Source: Candidatus Latescibacterota bacterium (GTDB taxonomy: Bacteria > Latescibacterota > UBA2968 > GCA-2709665). Taken from it: a DNA stretch of 64,000 nt. The position numbers and the translations under genes were made by a program. Numbering within the stretch: the stretch's first letter is position 1; the number at the start of each line of letters is the position of its first letter. Positions 43,380 through 53,085 of the stretch are shown one piece after another. Below the pieces are notes generated by a model. That model was given only the letters and a program-made list of their open reading frames with translations, did no database searches and was not told the DNA's origin. Location: positions 320,001-384,000 of the forward strand of contig CBDCOX010000002.1 in assembly GCA_965219995.1 (NCBI GenBank), written 5' to 3'.

Positions 43380-44258
43380 CTATACGCGTTCGTTTTCGTC
43401 CGCAGGCCCGACCCCGGGATTCCGCGCTTCCGCGGATTTCACTGTCTGGGCGATCAGGGTGGCAATGGTCATCGGCCCGACGCCACCGGGAACGGGCGTG
43501 TATGCCGCGCATCGGCCCACGACAGCAGAGAGTTCCACGTCGCCGACCGGCCCCGGATGGTAACCGGCGTCGATGACGACCGCGTCGTCCGCGATCCAGT
43601 CGGCCCTGATGAACTCCGGTCGCCCGACCGCCCCGACGACAATGTCGGCCCCACGGACAATACCTGGCAGATTTCGGGTTCTGGAATGACAAATGGTCAC
43701 GGTGGCGTTCGCGTTCAGCAGCATCATGGCCATCGGTTTGCCCAGAATGGGGCTCCGACCGACCACAACGGCGTTTCGGCCCTCCAGTGGAATCTCGTAA
43801 TGTAGAAGAAGCCTCATGACACCCGCCGGTGTCGCCGCGCCGTAGGCGGACGCACCCATCGCCATCAGACCGAAGCCGTGCGCCGTGACGCCGTCCACGT
43901 CTTTGTGGGGCGAGATCCGGTCGAAGCACGTCCGCTCGTGGATATGGGCTGGCACCGGATGCTGCAGAAGGATTCCGTGTACGCGGGGGTCCGCGTTGAG
44001 TCTGTCGATTTCAGCCAGGAGTTGGCGCGTGGTTGTTGCTTCCTTCAACAGGACTCGATTTGAATCCATGCCCACCCGTTTGCAGGCGTAGCCTTTCATT
44101 CGCACATAGGTGGCCGAGGCGGGGTCGTCACCCACCAGAATGGTGGCCAGTACGGGGACCATGCCGTCCGCCCGGTCCCGTATGCGCGCCACCCGTTGTT
44201 TCAGATCGAATTCAATCTGTCCGGCGAGTCTCTTTCCATCCAGAACCGTTGCAGGCAT
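43380..44258 (-). CDS. folD: methylenetetrahydrofolate dehydrogenase/cyclohydrolase
   Basis: [38 protein letters not shown]. Confidence 0.95.
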   Translation of the reverse strand: MPATVLDGKRLAGQIEFDLKQRVARIRDRADGMVPVLATILVGDDPASATYVRMKGYACKRVGMDSNRVLLKEATTTRQLLAEIDRLNADPRVHGILLQHPVPAHIHERTCFDRISPHKDVDGVTAHGFGLMAMGASAYGAATPAGVMRLLLHYEIPLEGRNAVVVGRSPILGKPMAMMLLNANATVTICHSRTRNLPGIVRGADIVVGAVGRPEFIRADWIADDAVVIDAGYHPGPVGDVELSAVVGRCAAYTPVPGGVGPMTIATLIAQTVKSAEARNPGVGPADENERV

Positions 44259-44371
44259 CGCGCCTCCCTGTCTGCGGTCTATCACCCTCGCGCGTCCTCC
44301 GGTTGTCCAAACCGGCCCCCGGACGTGACGGCGCCGGCCCGTTCACACCTCGTCATGTCTCCTGTTCCCTC

Positions 44372-47300
44372 CTACCCTTCTTCGCACCACTTCCGGGCAT
44401 TCTGGAACAGCTGCAGCCAGGGCGAAGCGCTCAGGCACTGTTTCCAGGATTCCGGCATCCAGCCCCATTGCCACTTCAGGAACGTCCTCTCCGGGTGCGG
44501 CATCATCGCCAGGTGTCGACCGTCCGGGGAACAGAGGGCGGCGATGCCAAGGGGAGAGCCGTTGGGATTGAACGGATAGGCTTCACTGATTCGATTGGCG
44601 TCGTCGACGTATCGGATGGGGGCCAGGCTGTCCTGAATGACCCCGTCGAGCGTTTCGACGTCCGGAAAATGGACTCGGCCCTCACCGTGCGCAACCCAGA
44701 TCCCGAGGGAAGCGCCCGTCATGTCTTTGAGCATCACCGCCGGACTCTCCTGGATCTGTACCGTGACAAAGCGTGACTCGAAACGCCCGGACGTATTCTG
44801 AATGAAGCGAGGCTGACTCCCGGTTTCGATGCCCGGCCGGGGTACCCATCCGAGCAGGGCCATCAGCTGGCAGCCGTTGCAGACGCCCAGGCTGAATGTG
44901 TCGCGCCGTTCGTAGAACGATTGAAACTGATCATGCATCCCCGGACTGAACCGGATGACTCCCGCCCATCCCTTGGCGGAGTCCAGGACGTCCGCGTAAC
45001 TGAAACCACCGACAAACGCGATGCCGCGAAAGGCATCCAGTCGGACCCTGTCTTCCTGAAGATCCGACATGGTCAGGTCCCAGGGCTCCATGCCTGCCGC
45101 ATGGAACGCCGAGGCCATCTCACGGTCGCCGTTGCTGCCTTCCTCGCGGACGATGGCAACCGGAATCTTTGTCCGGGACGCCAGAATCTCGGGCGCGGTC
45201 GGCGCCGGCGTGAACGGTACCGTGTACGGGGGCGCCACTCGCTGCCTCAGCGAGTGGCGTTCCTGTTCCACACACAGCGGGTTCGCCTGTAGCCGTTCGA
45301 GACGGTAGCTCGTTTCCTCCCACAGGTCACGCAGGGCCGCCATGTCGTCGTCGAGTACGGTCAGGCCGTTCACGTCGATCCGTACCGACGTGTCCTCCGT
45401 GGTTTCGCCAATGGGAATACAGGGCACGTCCGCGGCCTCGAGGGTATTGAGAACATGGGATGCTCTTTCGGCATGTACCTCGAATACCAGGCCCATCTCC
45501 TCGGAAAAGAGGGACGCGATCGGATCTGAAGGCGCCGGAAGTTCGATGCGGATGCCGCAATTTCCGGCAAACGCCATTTCGAGCAGGCAGGTGACGATGC
45601 CGCCGTCGCTACGGTCGTGACCCGCGGCAACGGTGTTCTCGGCGATGAGTCGCTGCATGGCGTTGAACGCGCGTTTAAGCAGTCCGGGGTCGTCCACGTC
45701 GGGCGGCGTATCGCCCGTCTGGCTGTACACCTGGGCAAGGGCGGAGCCGCCAAGGCGGTTCCTTCCGCCTGACAGGTCGATGAAGAGCAGGCGACCGCAA
45801 CCGGGGTGTTTGAGGTCCGGCGTGACAACCCTGGTGACATCCGGACAGGTTACATAGGCCGAAACGACCAGGGCTCCCGGCGCGGTCACGGTTTCCTCGG
45901 TCCCGTCCGGTCCGGGGGCCAGCGCGGCCATGGAAAGGCTGTCTTTCCCGCCGTCGATGGCGATACCCAATTCAAGCATCATGTCCACCATGGACCTGGC
46001 CGCATCGTAGAGCGCGGCGCCTTCGCCCGGCAGTTTCGCTGCCCACATCCAGTTTCCGGAGCACTTGACGTCTTCCAACGCGCTTATCTGAGCCCATACC
46101 AGATTGGTCAGTGCTTCTCCGACGGTCATCCGGGCCATCGCCGCGGGGTCCACCAGACCGATTACGGGCTGCTCGCCGATGGCCGTGGCGGCGCCGGTGA
46201 TGCCGAAGTGGCTCTGCGCGATCACGGCGACGTCCGAGACCGTGAGCTGAAGCGGGCCCGCGCATTGCTGGCGGGCAACCAGTCCGGTGACGCTCCGATC
46301 GACCTTGTTGGTCAGAAAACGTTTGGAGCCAACCGACACGAGGCGCAACACCCTCTCCAATGCGGACTGTACGGTGACGTCTCTGGGCAAACTGAGGGGG
46401 GCCAATTCGGGTTGACTGTGGTATAGTTCGAATTTCTTCCGGGGCATGTCGCCAAGCACTCTGTCCAGTTCCAGGTCAACCGGGGTGGTGTTGTCATCTT
46501 CGTCGTACAGGACGATTCTTCCGCTCCCGGTTACATGGCCCACAAACGCCGCCTGTATCTTTTCGCGACCGCACAGGGCTCTGAACGAGTCCTCGTGCCG
46601 GGGATGCAGAAGCAGGGCGTCGTTTTCCTGGTATTCTGCGCCCCAGATCTCCAGCACGGAAAGTGACCGGTCGCCCACGGGCAACTCGCGAACGTCGATA
46701 CGGGCGCCTTCAGGCTCGACAATTTCCTTGAGCACGTTACAGTTGCCGCCGGCCCCCTGGTCGTGGATGCTGACGATGGGGTTGTCGTCGCCCATTTCCA
46801 CGCATGCGCGGATGACCCGGTTTACTTTCTGCTCCATTTCCGCATCGCCCCTTTGTACCGCGTTGAAGTCCAGTTCGGCCGTATTCTCGCCCTGCACCAT
46901 CGACGACGCCGCCCCGCCTCCCATCCCGATCCGGTACGCGGGACCTCCGAGCTTGACCACCCACATCTTCTTTTCGGGGCTTCCCTTGGTCGCGTGGCGG
47001 GCGTCGATCTGGCCGATGCCCCCGGTGAACATGATGGGCTTGATCCATTCGCGGCGTTGTCCGTTCGGCAGCCGCAGACCGAAGGCGCGGGTATAGCCCT
47101 GAATGAGCGGTTCGCCGAATTTGTTGCCGTAGTCGGACGCGCCGTTGCTGGCTTCAATCTCGATCCGGACGGGAGATGCCAGATTGTCGGGATATTCGAA
47201 CGCCGCGTCCTCCCATGGCATCTCGTAGCCGGGTATGCGGAGATTGCCCACGCAGTAGGCCGCGGTACCGGCAACAACCAGGCCGCCCCGACCAGCGGCA

Positions 47301-48316
47301 TGCACGTCCCGGATACGGCCGCCCGTGCCGGTTTCGGCGCCCGGGAACGGCGCGACTCCGGTGGGGAAATTATGCGTTTCAGCGGTGAAGATTATGTCAT
47401 AATTCCGTTCGGAAGCGGTGAATGGGCTCGGCTCTCCGGGCCTGACGGGCAGGATGGTTCTTGCGGAATACCCTCTGATGCCGCTGGCGTTGTCCCTGAA
47501 CGCGATGGTGCTATTCCCGGGATTGGCCGCCAGGGGCCGCTGAATCATGCCCAGGAGGTGTTCCGGTATCTCCTCGCCGTCGATCGTCAGCCGGCCTTGA
47601 AAAAACCAGTGCCGGGAGTGTTCGCTGTTGGACTGGGCGATGTCGAAACATTCCACGTTCGTGGGATTGCGTCGGAGGTGATCCAGAAAGAGGTCCGTGT
47701 AATAGTCGAGGTCCCATTCGTCGAAGGCCAGTCCCAACGCAGTGTTGATGCGTTCCAGCGCCGGTCTGCCTTCCTGAATGAGCGGAACCTCGGAGACGGG
47801 CTCCGGTTGCACGCCGGTCTCGAAGGACGACTGCGGCGAGGGGTATTCGCATTCGGTCATGCGGTCATGGATCAGTTCGAGGAATGCGGATTCCTGCTCG
47901 TGCGTCAGCCGGGGCCGCAGCAGATAGCGCCTCGAGCGTTCGATGCGAGTGATTCCCGTCAGACCGCATGCGTGGCAGACGGAAACGGCGTTCGTGGACC
48001 AGGCCGTGGTGAAGTTGAGGCGAGGACCCACCTCGATCAGCGTGCCGTCATCGCCCAGAAACGGCGCCGGACCGAACTTTTCCGGTTCGAAGGTCTCGCT
48101 AAGGAGCCACGTGAGCCGTTCCCGTTCAACGGCGGTTAATGAACCCTCCAGTTCGACATTGAAGCAGGCTTCGGTTTCAAGCCGCGCAACACCGTGCCAG
48201 ACTGTCTTTCTGACCTGGCCGATCAGGGTGTCGGTCTGAGCCGGAGACAGGTGCGGTATGCGGTATAGATGAAGAAGACCCACGTTCCGTTTTATTTCCT
48301 TTCCGGCACTTTCCAT
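44372..48316 (-). CDS. purL: phosphoribosylformylglycinamidine synthase, large single-chain form
   Basis: QSNSEHSRHWFF, AETHNFPT, HDQGAGG, GKDSLSM, LGVCNGCQL, AHGEG, MMPHPER; alternative GTG start about 11 codons downstream. Confidence 0.95.
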   Translation of the reverse strand: MESAGKEIKRNVGLLHLYRIPHLSPAQTDTLIGQVRKTVWHGVARLETEACFNVELEGSLTAVERERLTWLLSETFEPEKFGPAPFLGDDGTLIEVGPRLNFTTAWSTNAVSVCHACGLTGITRIERSRRYLLRPRLTHEQESAFLELIHDRMTECEYPSPQSSFETGVQPEPVSEVPLIQEGRPALERINTALGLAFDEWDLDYYTDLFLDHLRRNPTNVECFDIAQSNSEHSRHWFFQGRLTIDGEEIPEHLLGMIQRPLAANPGNSTIAFRDNASGIRGYSARTILPVRPGEPSPFTASERNYDIIFTAETHNFPTGVAPFPGAETGTGGRIRDVHAAGRGGLVVAGTAAYCVGNLRIPGYEMPWEDAAFEYPDNLASPVRIEIEASNGASDYGNKFGEPLIQGYTRAFGLRLPNGQRREWIKPIMFTGGIGQIDARHATKGSPEKKMWVVKLGGPAYRIGMGGGAASSMVQGENTAELDFNAVQRGDAEMEQKVNRVIRACVEMGDDNPIVSIHDQGAGGNCNVLKEIVEPEGARIDVRELPVGDRSLSVLEIWGAEYQENDALLLHPRHEDSFRALCGREKIQAAFVGHVTGSGRIVLYDEDDNTTPVDLELDRVLGDMPRKKFELYHSQPELAPLSLPRDVTVQSALERVLRLVSVGSKRFLTNKVDRSVTGLVARQQCAGPLQLTVSDVAVIAQSHFGITGAATAIGEQPVIGLVDPAAMARMTVGEALTNLVWAQISALEDVKCSGNWMWAAKLPGEGAALYDAARSMVDMMLELGIAIDGGKDSLSMAALAPGPDGTEETVTAPGALVVSAYVTCPDVTRVVTPDLKHPGCGRLLFIDLSGGRNRLGGSALAQVYSQTGDTPPDVDDPGLLKRAFNAMQRLIAENTVAAGHDRSDGGIVTCLLEMAFAGNCGIRIELPAPSDPIASLFSEEMGLVFEVHAERASHVLNTLEAADVPCIPIGETTEDTSVRIDVNGLTVLDDDMAALRDLWEETSYRLERLQANPLCVEQERHSLRQRVAPPYTVPFTPAPTAPEILASRTKIPVAIVREEGSNGDREMASAFHAAGMEPWDLTMSDLQEDRVRLDAFRGIAFVGGFSYADVLDSAKGWAGVIRFSPGMHDQFQSFYERRDTFSLGVCNGCQLMALLGWVPRPGIETGSQPRFIQNTSGRFESRFVTVQIQESPAVMLKDMTGASLGIWVAHGEGRVHFPDVETLDGVIQDSLAPIRYVDDANRISEAYPFNPNGSPLGIAALCSPDGRHLAMMPHPERTFLKWQWGWMPESWKQCLSASPWLQLFQNARKWCEEG

Positions 48317-49044
48317 TGAGAAGCACCGATGCGGTTATGCAACAACTCGGGCAGGGATCGGATGATTCGATCCGGACGAACGTCGCAGTCGTCCGGCAGA
48401 CCCACGCCTTTGGCGTCGTTCCAGATGCAGTAGATGCCCAGCTTCTGCGGAACGGCAACTTCCCATTCCAGGTTGTCGCCCACCATCCACGCTTCCGCGG
48501 GCGCGGCGTCCAGGAGGCGGAGCGCATCCAGATAGATCCGGGTATCCGGCTTTCCGTAACCACATTCTCCTTCGATGAGGACGGCGTCGAAGAGTGGCGC
48601 GAGATTGAACCTGCGTATCTTTTCCCGCTGGGGTTCGGCGCCTCCGTTCGTTACCAGCGCCATCCGCACACCGTTGGCCTGAAGCATGCGCAGGGCTTCG
48701 AGGGCGCCCGGGAACGGCTTGATCGTCTTTCCTCGTTCGCGATCGTACAATTGCGCGATCGTCCCCGCCATTTCCCAGTCTTCAATGCCAAGAAGGCGCA
48801 GGCCATGGTGGATGACTCGCTGATACGCCAGCGGCATGTTCTGGCGGTTCGCCCGGTGCCGTTCGGGATCGGCCCAAAACCACGTTCTGGCCGCGGTCAG
48901 CGTCGTGTAGAGCGACTCCGCATCGACGCCGTCAATCCGGCCTGCGGTATCGTAGCAGACCCGTTTCCAACATGGTCCCGCGTACGTGGAATAGGACACG
49001 ATGGTATCGTCCAGATCAACAAGCATCGCGACGGGCAGATGCAT
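48292..49044 (-). CDS. HAD-superfamily hydrolase (YjjG-like, subfamily IA)
   Basis: DLDDT, LVTNG, GKPD, MVGDNLEWEV. Confidence 0.85.
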   Translation of the reverse strand: MHLPVAMLVDLDDTIVSYSTYAGPCWKRVCYDTAGRIDGVDAESLYTTLTAARTWFWADPERHRANRQNMPLAYQRVIHHGLRLLGIEDWEMAGTIAQLYDRERGKTIKPFPGALEALRMLQANGVRMALVTNGGAEPQREKIRRFNLAPLFDAVLIEGECGYGKPDTRIYLDALRLLDAAPAEAWMVGDNLEWEVAVPQKLGIYCIWNDAKGVGLPDDCDVRPDRIIRSLPELLHNRIGASQWKVPERK

Positions 49045-49280
49045 ATCGGAGTTTCCTGCAAAAATTGAAAACAGCGTTGCGTTGTTCGCGAGGCACGCAC
49101 CGGAACTCGTGGGAGGCGGCAGTACCTCCGTGGAGAAGATCGGTATAAAAGTAGCGAGTCGCGGCCCATATCGCAAATTTATAAATTTGATTAATTCAAT
49201 AAAATATTTTTATATTTCAAGGAGGACCGATTGTCGGCGACGCTCCGGGCGCTCCTTTGGCCTGCCGAACCCGAATTGAG

Positions 49281-49309
49281 TTGACATCCCGATTTGACGG
49301 CCCTATCTT
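49281..49309 (+). promoter_or_regulatory. sigma70-type promoter for the aldo/keto reductase
   Basis: TTGACA-N17-TATCTT. Confidence 0.55.
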
Positions 49310-49416
49310 CTGGTGGCATCCAAGCGATGTCGTTTTCGGCCTTCGATGGGTTCGCCGGGAGGGAACCTTCGGGGGCCGTTTTGACATGACAGTCTTTAGC
49401 CTCGACGGGAGTAAGC

Positions 49417-50370
49417 ATGAATCTCCGTGCGCTATGCAGGGGCGGTCCCAGGATTTCGGAGGTCGGACTCGGCGCCGGACCGTTCCGGGGATTGGACTGG
49501 GGACCCGTGGACGACGAGACATCGGTACGTACCGTGTACCGTGCGCTCGACGTGGGCGTAAACTTCTTCGATACGGCGGACGCTTACGGGAACGGTCGCA
49601 GCGAACGCGTACTGGGCAGGGCGCTGGCGGGAAAGCGGGAACAGGTTGTGCTGGCCACCAAGGGCGGCTGGTGGTACGTGGACGGTGCGCCCTACTGCGA
49701 TTTCTCGTTGATTTACCTGTGCCGCGCGGTAGAGGCCAGTCTGCAGTCTCTGAGAACGGACTATATCGATCTCTACTACATCCACGATCCGGATACCGAG
49801 ACCATTCGGCGAAGCGGGGTCTTCGAATTCCTGAACCGGTTGAAAGAGGCGGGCACCATCCGTTTCGCCGGCGTTTCGGTCGATACGGTCGAGCAGGCGC
49901 GGCTGTGCATCGACTCCGGCTGTGTGGACGTGATTCAAGTTTATTACAATATCCTGGACCAGCGTCCGGACCCCGGTCTGTTCGAAGCGGCACGAGCAGC
50001 GGGTGTCGGAACGGTAATCAAAGCGCCCATGGCGCGGGGTCTGCTGAGCGGGAAGTACCGAGTGGATTCGCGATTTCCGGGAGCGGACTTTCGGTCGGCC
50101 TGGCGCAGAGACGGCCGATTGCAGCGAGCGCTTGCCCGGGTGGCGAGGGTGGAGGCTCAGGTGGGCGACCTGAGTCCCACGCTTGCGCAGACGGCCCTCA
50201 GGTTCGTATTGAGCCATCCGGCCGTGTCGAGCGTGATTCCGGGCGCCAAGACGCCTGAGCAGGCCGAGGCAAATGCGGCGGCGTCTGAATTGGGGTCGCT
50301 GGGCGCCGCTGACGTTGCCGCGTTGAAGTCGCTCTACGGAGAGATGGCGGGGCCGGTTGACGTCCGGTAG
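49417..50370 (+). CDS. aldo/keto reductase
   Basis: FFDTADAYGNGRSE, LATK, TDYIDLYYIH, VIPGAK. Confidence 0.92.
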   Translation: MNLRALCRGGPRISEVGLGAGPFRGLDWGPVDDETSVRTVYRALDVGVNFFDTADAYGNGRSERVLGRALAGKREQVVLATKGGWWYVDGAPYCDFSLIYLCRAVEASLQSLRTDYIDLYYIHDPDTETIRRSGVFEFLNRLKEAGTIRFAGVSVDTVEQARLCIDSGCVDVIQVYYNILDQRPDPGLFEAARAAGVGTVIKAPMARGLLSGKYRVDSRFPGADFRSAWRRDGRLQRALARVARVEAQVGDLSPTLAQTALRFVLSHPAVSSVIPGAKTPEQAEANAAASELGSLGAADVAALKSLYGEMAGPVDVR

Positions 50371-50421
50371 CGGTATTGGGAAGCCAGCGCGTGGATGGGT
50401 GCGCGGGCGTGCATTCGGAAA

Positions 50422-50454
50422 CAAAAGAGGCGGGGTTTAACCCCGCCTCTTTTG
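50422..50454. terminator. bidirectional intrinsic terminator
   Basis: Perfect 14-bp IR CAAAAGAGGCGGGG/CCCCGCCTCTTTTG between convergent ORFs. Confidence 0.8.
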
Positions 50455-50482
50455 CTTGTGGATGCCATTTGCAGATGCGGTC

Positions 50483-50668
50483 TCAGTCGGCGGCGATACC
50501 CAGGGGTTCCACGCCGGTACTCGCCTCGCCCGCCAGGGTCTGCCTGGCATTGTCCATAAACTGCGCGATACGCACCTGAAGATCTTTGGCTTCCGATTCA
50601 AACCGGTCCAACTCGTCCACGAGATCCTCATAGTCGAGGCGTGGCTCGACGCCTGCGCGGTTCGCCAT
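50483..50668 (-). CDS. small acidic helical hypothetical protein (61 aa)
   Basis: SD AAGGGAG; own promoter TTGACC-N17-TATATT (50757-50785); terminator downstream. Confidence 0.55.
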   Translation of the reverse strand: MANRAGVEPRLDYEDLVDELDRFESEAKDLQVRIAQFMDNARQTLAGEASTGVEPLGIAAD

Positions 50669-50817
50669 ACAACACACTCCCTTCGTGCAAGGGGAATCAG
50701 GGAGAGGGGGGAGGTTGATTGCCGTACACGCTCGGATGATTTATGTGAGGGATCAAAATATAGGACAGTGTGTAAGAAGGGTCAAGAGAAAAGGCGAAAA
50801 ATCGGGATTTCCCGCGG

Positions 50818-51765
50818 TCAGGAATGCGGCCCGCGCCGGGTCGGCGCGTCCATCAGCGCCCTGATCTGAGACTCGCGCGGCAGCGCGGCCTGGGCGCCGA
50901 TGCGGGTTACCGAGAGCGCGCCGGCGCTGTTCGCGAAGGCGACAGCATCCGGGAGGGGCCGCGCTGCGCCCAGTGCGGCCGCGAGCGCGCCGTTGAAAGC
51001 GTCACCGGCGCCAGTGGTGTCGCGAACGTCGACCGTGGGCGCCGGAACCAGCATTGCGTTCCGATCCGTCGCCAGAAGCGCGCCGCGTGCGCCAAGGGTG
51101 ATGATCACATTGTCAACCCCCCGGGCCATCAGGATGTCTGCGGCACGCCGCGCCGCTTTTTCGGTATCCGGACGAACGCCGGTCAGAATCTCGGCTTCCG
51201 TTTCGTTCGGCGTGAGTAGAAAGAGATCGGAGAGTAGACGATCCGGGAGGTCCCGCGCTGGCGCAGGATTGAGAATCACCGGGACCCCGTGGTCCCTCGC
51301 AATCCCCGCGGCATGGCGGACCGTCGGCAGGGGGGTTTCAAGCTGCAGGAGGCACACGGAGGCGCGGTCGAAGAGGGAACGCGCGGCGTCAATCTGAACG
51401 GGAGAAAGGGCGGCGTTGGCGCCTGGAACCACGGCAATGGTGTTCTCGCCCCTGCCGTCCACCAGGATCGAGGCGACGCCCGACGGCAGGTCCGGGTCTC
51501 TCATCACGCGGGTCGTGTCGATGCCCTCCGCTTCAAGGCAGCGCAGGGCGTCCGCGCCGTACGCATCCCTGCCGATTCTAGCAACGAAAGAGACGTGCGC
51601 GCCTGAACGGGCCGCCGCGACGGCCTGATTGGCGCCCTTGCCTCCCGGTAACGCGACAAACGTCTCCGCCATGATCGTCTCGCCGGGGCTCGGCAGGCTC
51701 GCCGATCGGACGATCAGGTCGGTATTGGAACTGCCAATGACCAGAACGAGCGGACGCGAAGCCAT
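50818..51765 (-). CDS. rbsK: ribokinase
   Basis: GSSNTD, PGGKGANQAVAA, LQLE, NPAP, PNETEA, DTTGAGDAFNG. Confidence 0.93.
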   Translation of the reverse strand: MASRPLVLVIGSSNTDLIVRSASLPSPGETIMAETFVALPGGKGANQAVAAARSGAHVSFVARIGRDAYGADALRCLEAEGIDTTRVMRDPDLPSGVASILVDGRGENTIAVVPGANAALSPVQIDAARSLFDRASVCLLQLETPLPTVRHAAGIARDHGVPVILNPAPARDLPDRLLSDLFLLTPNETEAEILTGVRPDTEKAARRAADILMARGVDNVIITLGARGALLATDRNAMLVPAPTVDVRDTTGAGDAFNGALAAALGAARPLPDAVAFANSAGALSVTRIGAQAALPRESQIRALMDAPTRRGPHS

Positions 51766-51965
51766 GGTAGTCTCCGAATCAATTGACAGGCGCCGCAACG
51801 TGTGGGCTGCGGGAGAGACCGACCCGGTCTCGACCCGCCCCCGGACGCCACCGAAGCGATTCCGGACTGGAATGCAAGTTAACCCGGGCGGGTCGGTTTC
51901 GTCAAGATGAACCTGTGCGAATTCGTCCGGTGGTGACGGGAGCGTTCGGACCTCATTGTATTCTC

Positions 51966-51994
51966 TTGACTTGCCTGTGGGGTTTGCTTAAGTT
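51966..51994 (+). promoter_or_regulatory. sigma70-type promoter about 260 nt upstream of bamD
   Basis: TTGACT-N17-TAAGTT. Confidence 0.55.
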
Positions 51995-52000
51995 TTTCCA

Positions 52001-52188
52001 ATCTGCCTGAGAAGACGTTACATGAACCGGACGCTTCCGCGTACTCGGTCTGACCGGCCGGCAGGGTTTTCCGCAGGTCTTGTACGGAACCATCCACGGG
52101 TTTCCGGAGTCAAAGGTTAGAGCGTGGGCTTTACCGATTGACTGCAGGGAAAACGCCACTTGAAGACGTCCTGGTTGCAGGGCGGTCG
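52001..52188 (+). ncRNA. candidate structured RNA (6S RNA-like rod)
   Basis: Follows a promoter; nested pairings CTGCCTG/CAGGGCGG, GACGTT/GACGTC, GTTTTCC/GGAAAAC, CCACG/CGTGG; family assignment is a guess. Confidence 0.3.
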
Positions 52189-52257
52189 ATCGCGCCGACC
52201 GTTCGGGGTTGGGATAAACACGGCCCCGATTTTCTGTTATTGCGGGGTATGAAGGGT

Positions 52258-53079
52258 ATGATGACGCGGTGTGTCATCGTTCTGTGTTCAATTGGCCTGC
52301 TGGCATTGGGCGGATGCGCCCAAAACAGGTATCGCCACCCGAGTGCGGACCTTTACCTGGAAAAGGCGAACGAGGCGTTGGAGAAGAAAGACTGCTGGGA
52401 GGCCCAAAAGCTGCTCCGCAATCTGCTGACGGACTTTCCGGGGTCCCATCTCGTCGACCGGGCCCAATATAAACTGGGCTTCGCATTTTTGTGCGACAAG
52501 GACTACGTGACGGCGGTATTTGAATTCGAGCGGCTGCTGAACGAGTTTCCCACCAGCCCGTTTGTCGACCAGGCGCGTTACCAGATCGGCGTGTGTTATT
52601 ACCGTCAGTCCCGGGGCATCCATCACGATCAGGATGAGACCCATAAGGCAATCAGGGAATTCGAACGGTTTATCGAGGATTTCCCCGACAGCGATCTCGT
52701 CCCGAGCACGCGTGACAGAATACTGGAGCTTCGGACCAAACTGGCGCAGAAGAAACTCATGGTTGCCCGGAACTACATTCAGTGGGACATGTTCGAATCC
52801 GCCGCGCGGTATTGTGAGATTGTCCTGAAGGAATTCAACGATACCCCGCTCGCAGCACAGGCCAGGTTTCTTCTCGCACGCGCAAAACACCACCTGGGTG
52901 CCCTGGACGAAGCGCTGGAGATGTTGAGGTTTCTGGCCGCGGACGGGGTCCAGGACGAACTGAAACGCGAAATTGCCGAAGAGATACGCCAGATAGAAAG
53001 ATCCCGGGCCGAACAGAAGACCGAACACCGGAAACCGGCGGCGAAGACGAATGGCTCCAGCGCCGCGAATGCCAGGTAA
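52258..53079 (+). CDS. bamD: outer membrane protein assembly factor BamD (TPR lipoprotein)
   Basis: Lipobox LGGC; TPR repeats; DQDET.KAI.EF..FI..FP.S pattern. Confidence 0.85.
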   Translation: MMTRCVIVLCSIGLLALGGCAQNRYRHPSADLYLEKANEALEKKDCWEAQKLLRNLLTDFPGSHLVDRAQYKLGFAFLCDKDYVTAVFEFERLLNEFPTSPFVDQARYQIGVCYYRQSRGIHHDQDETHKAIREFERFIEDFPDSDLVPSTRDRILELRTKLAQKKLMVARNYIQWDMFESAARYCEIVLKEFNDTPLAAQARFLLARAKHHLGALDEALEMLRFLAADGVQDELKREIAEEIRQIERSRAEQKTEHRKPAAKTNGSSAANAR

Positions 53080-53085
53080 GGCGGC

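Noticed and set aside
44259-44371. ZTP (pfl) riboswitch upstream of folD
   Set aside because: No GACTGGCG or CGCCTGGGC pseudoknot motifs are visible
49125-49190. Purine-riboswitch-like words on the minus strand upstream of HAD-purL (TATAA..GATATGG..CTAC..CCG)
   Set aside because: The P2 and P3 stems cannot pair and CCGTAAA and the GACTA/GATTA junction are missing; kept only as a generic leader
52040-52190. SRP RNA or cobalamin riboswitch
   Set aside because: It lacks the SRP CAGG-GNRA-AGCAG domain IV and the cobalamin B12-box and GGGAA-CCGGTG core
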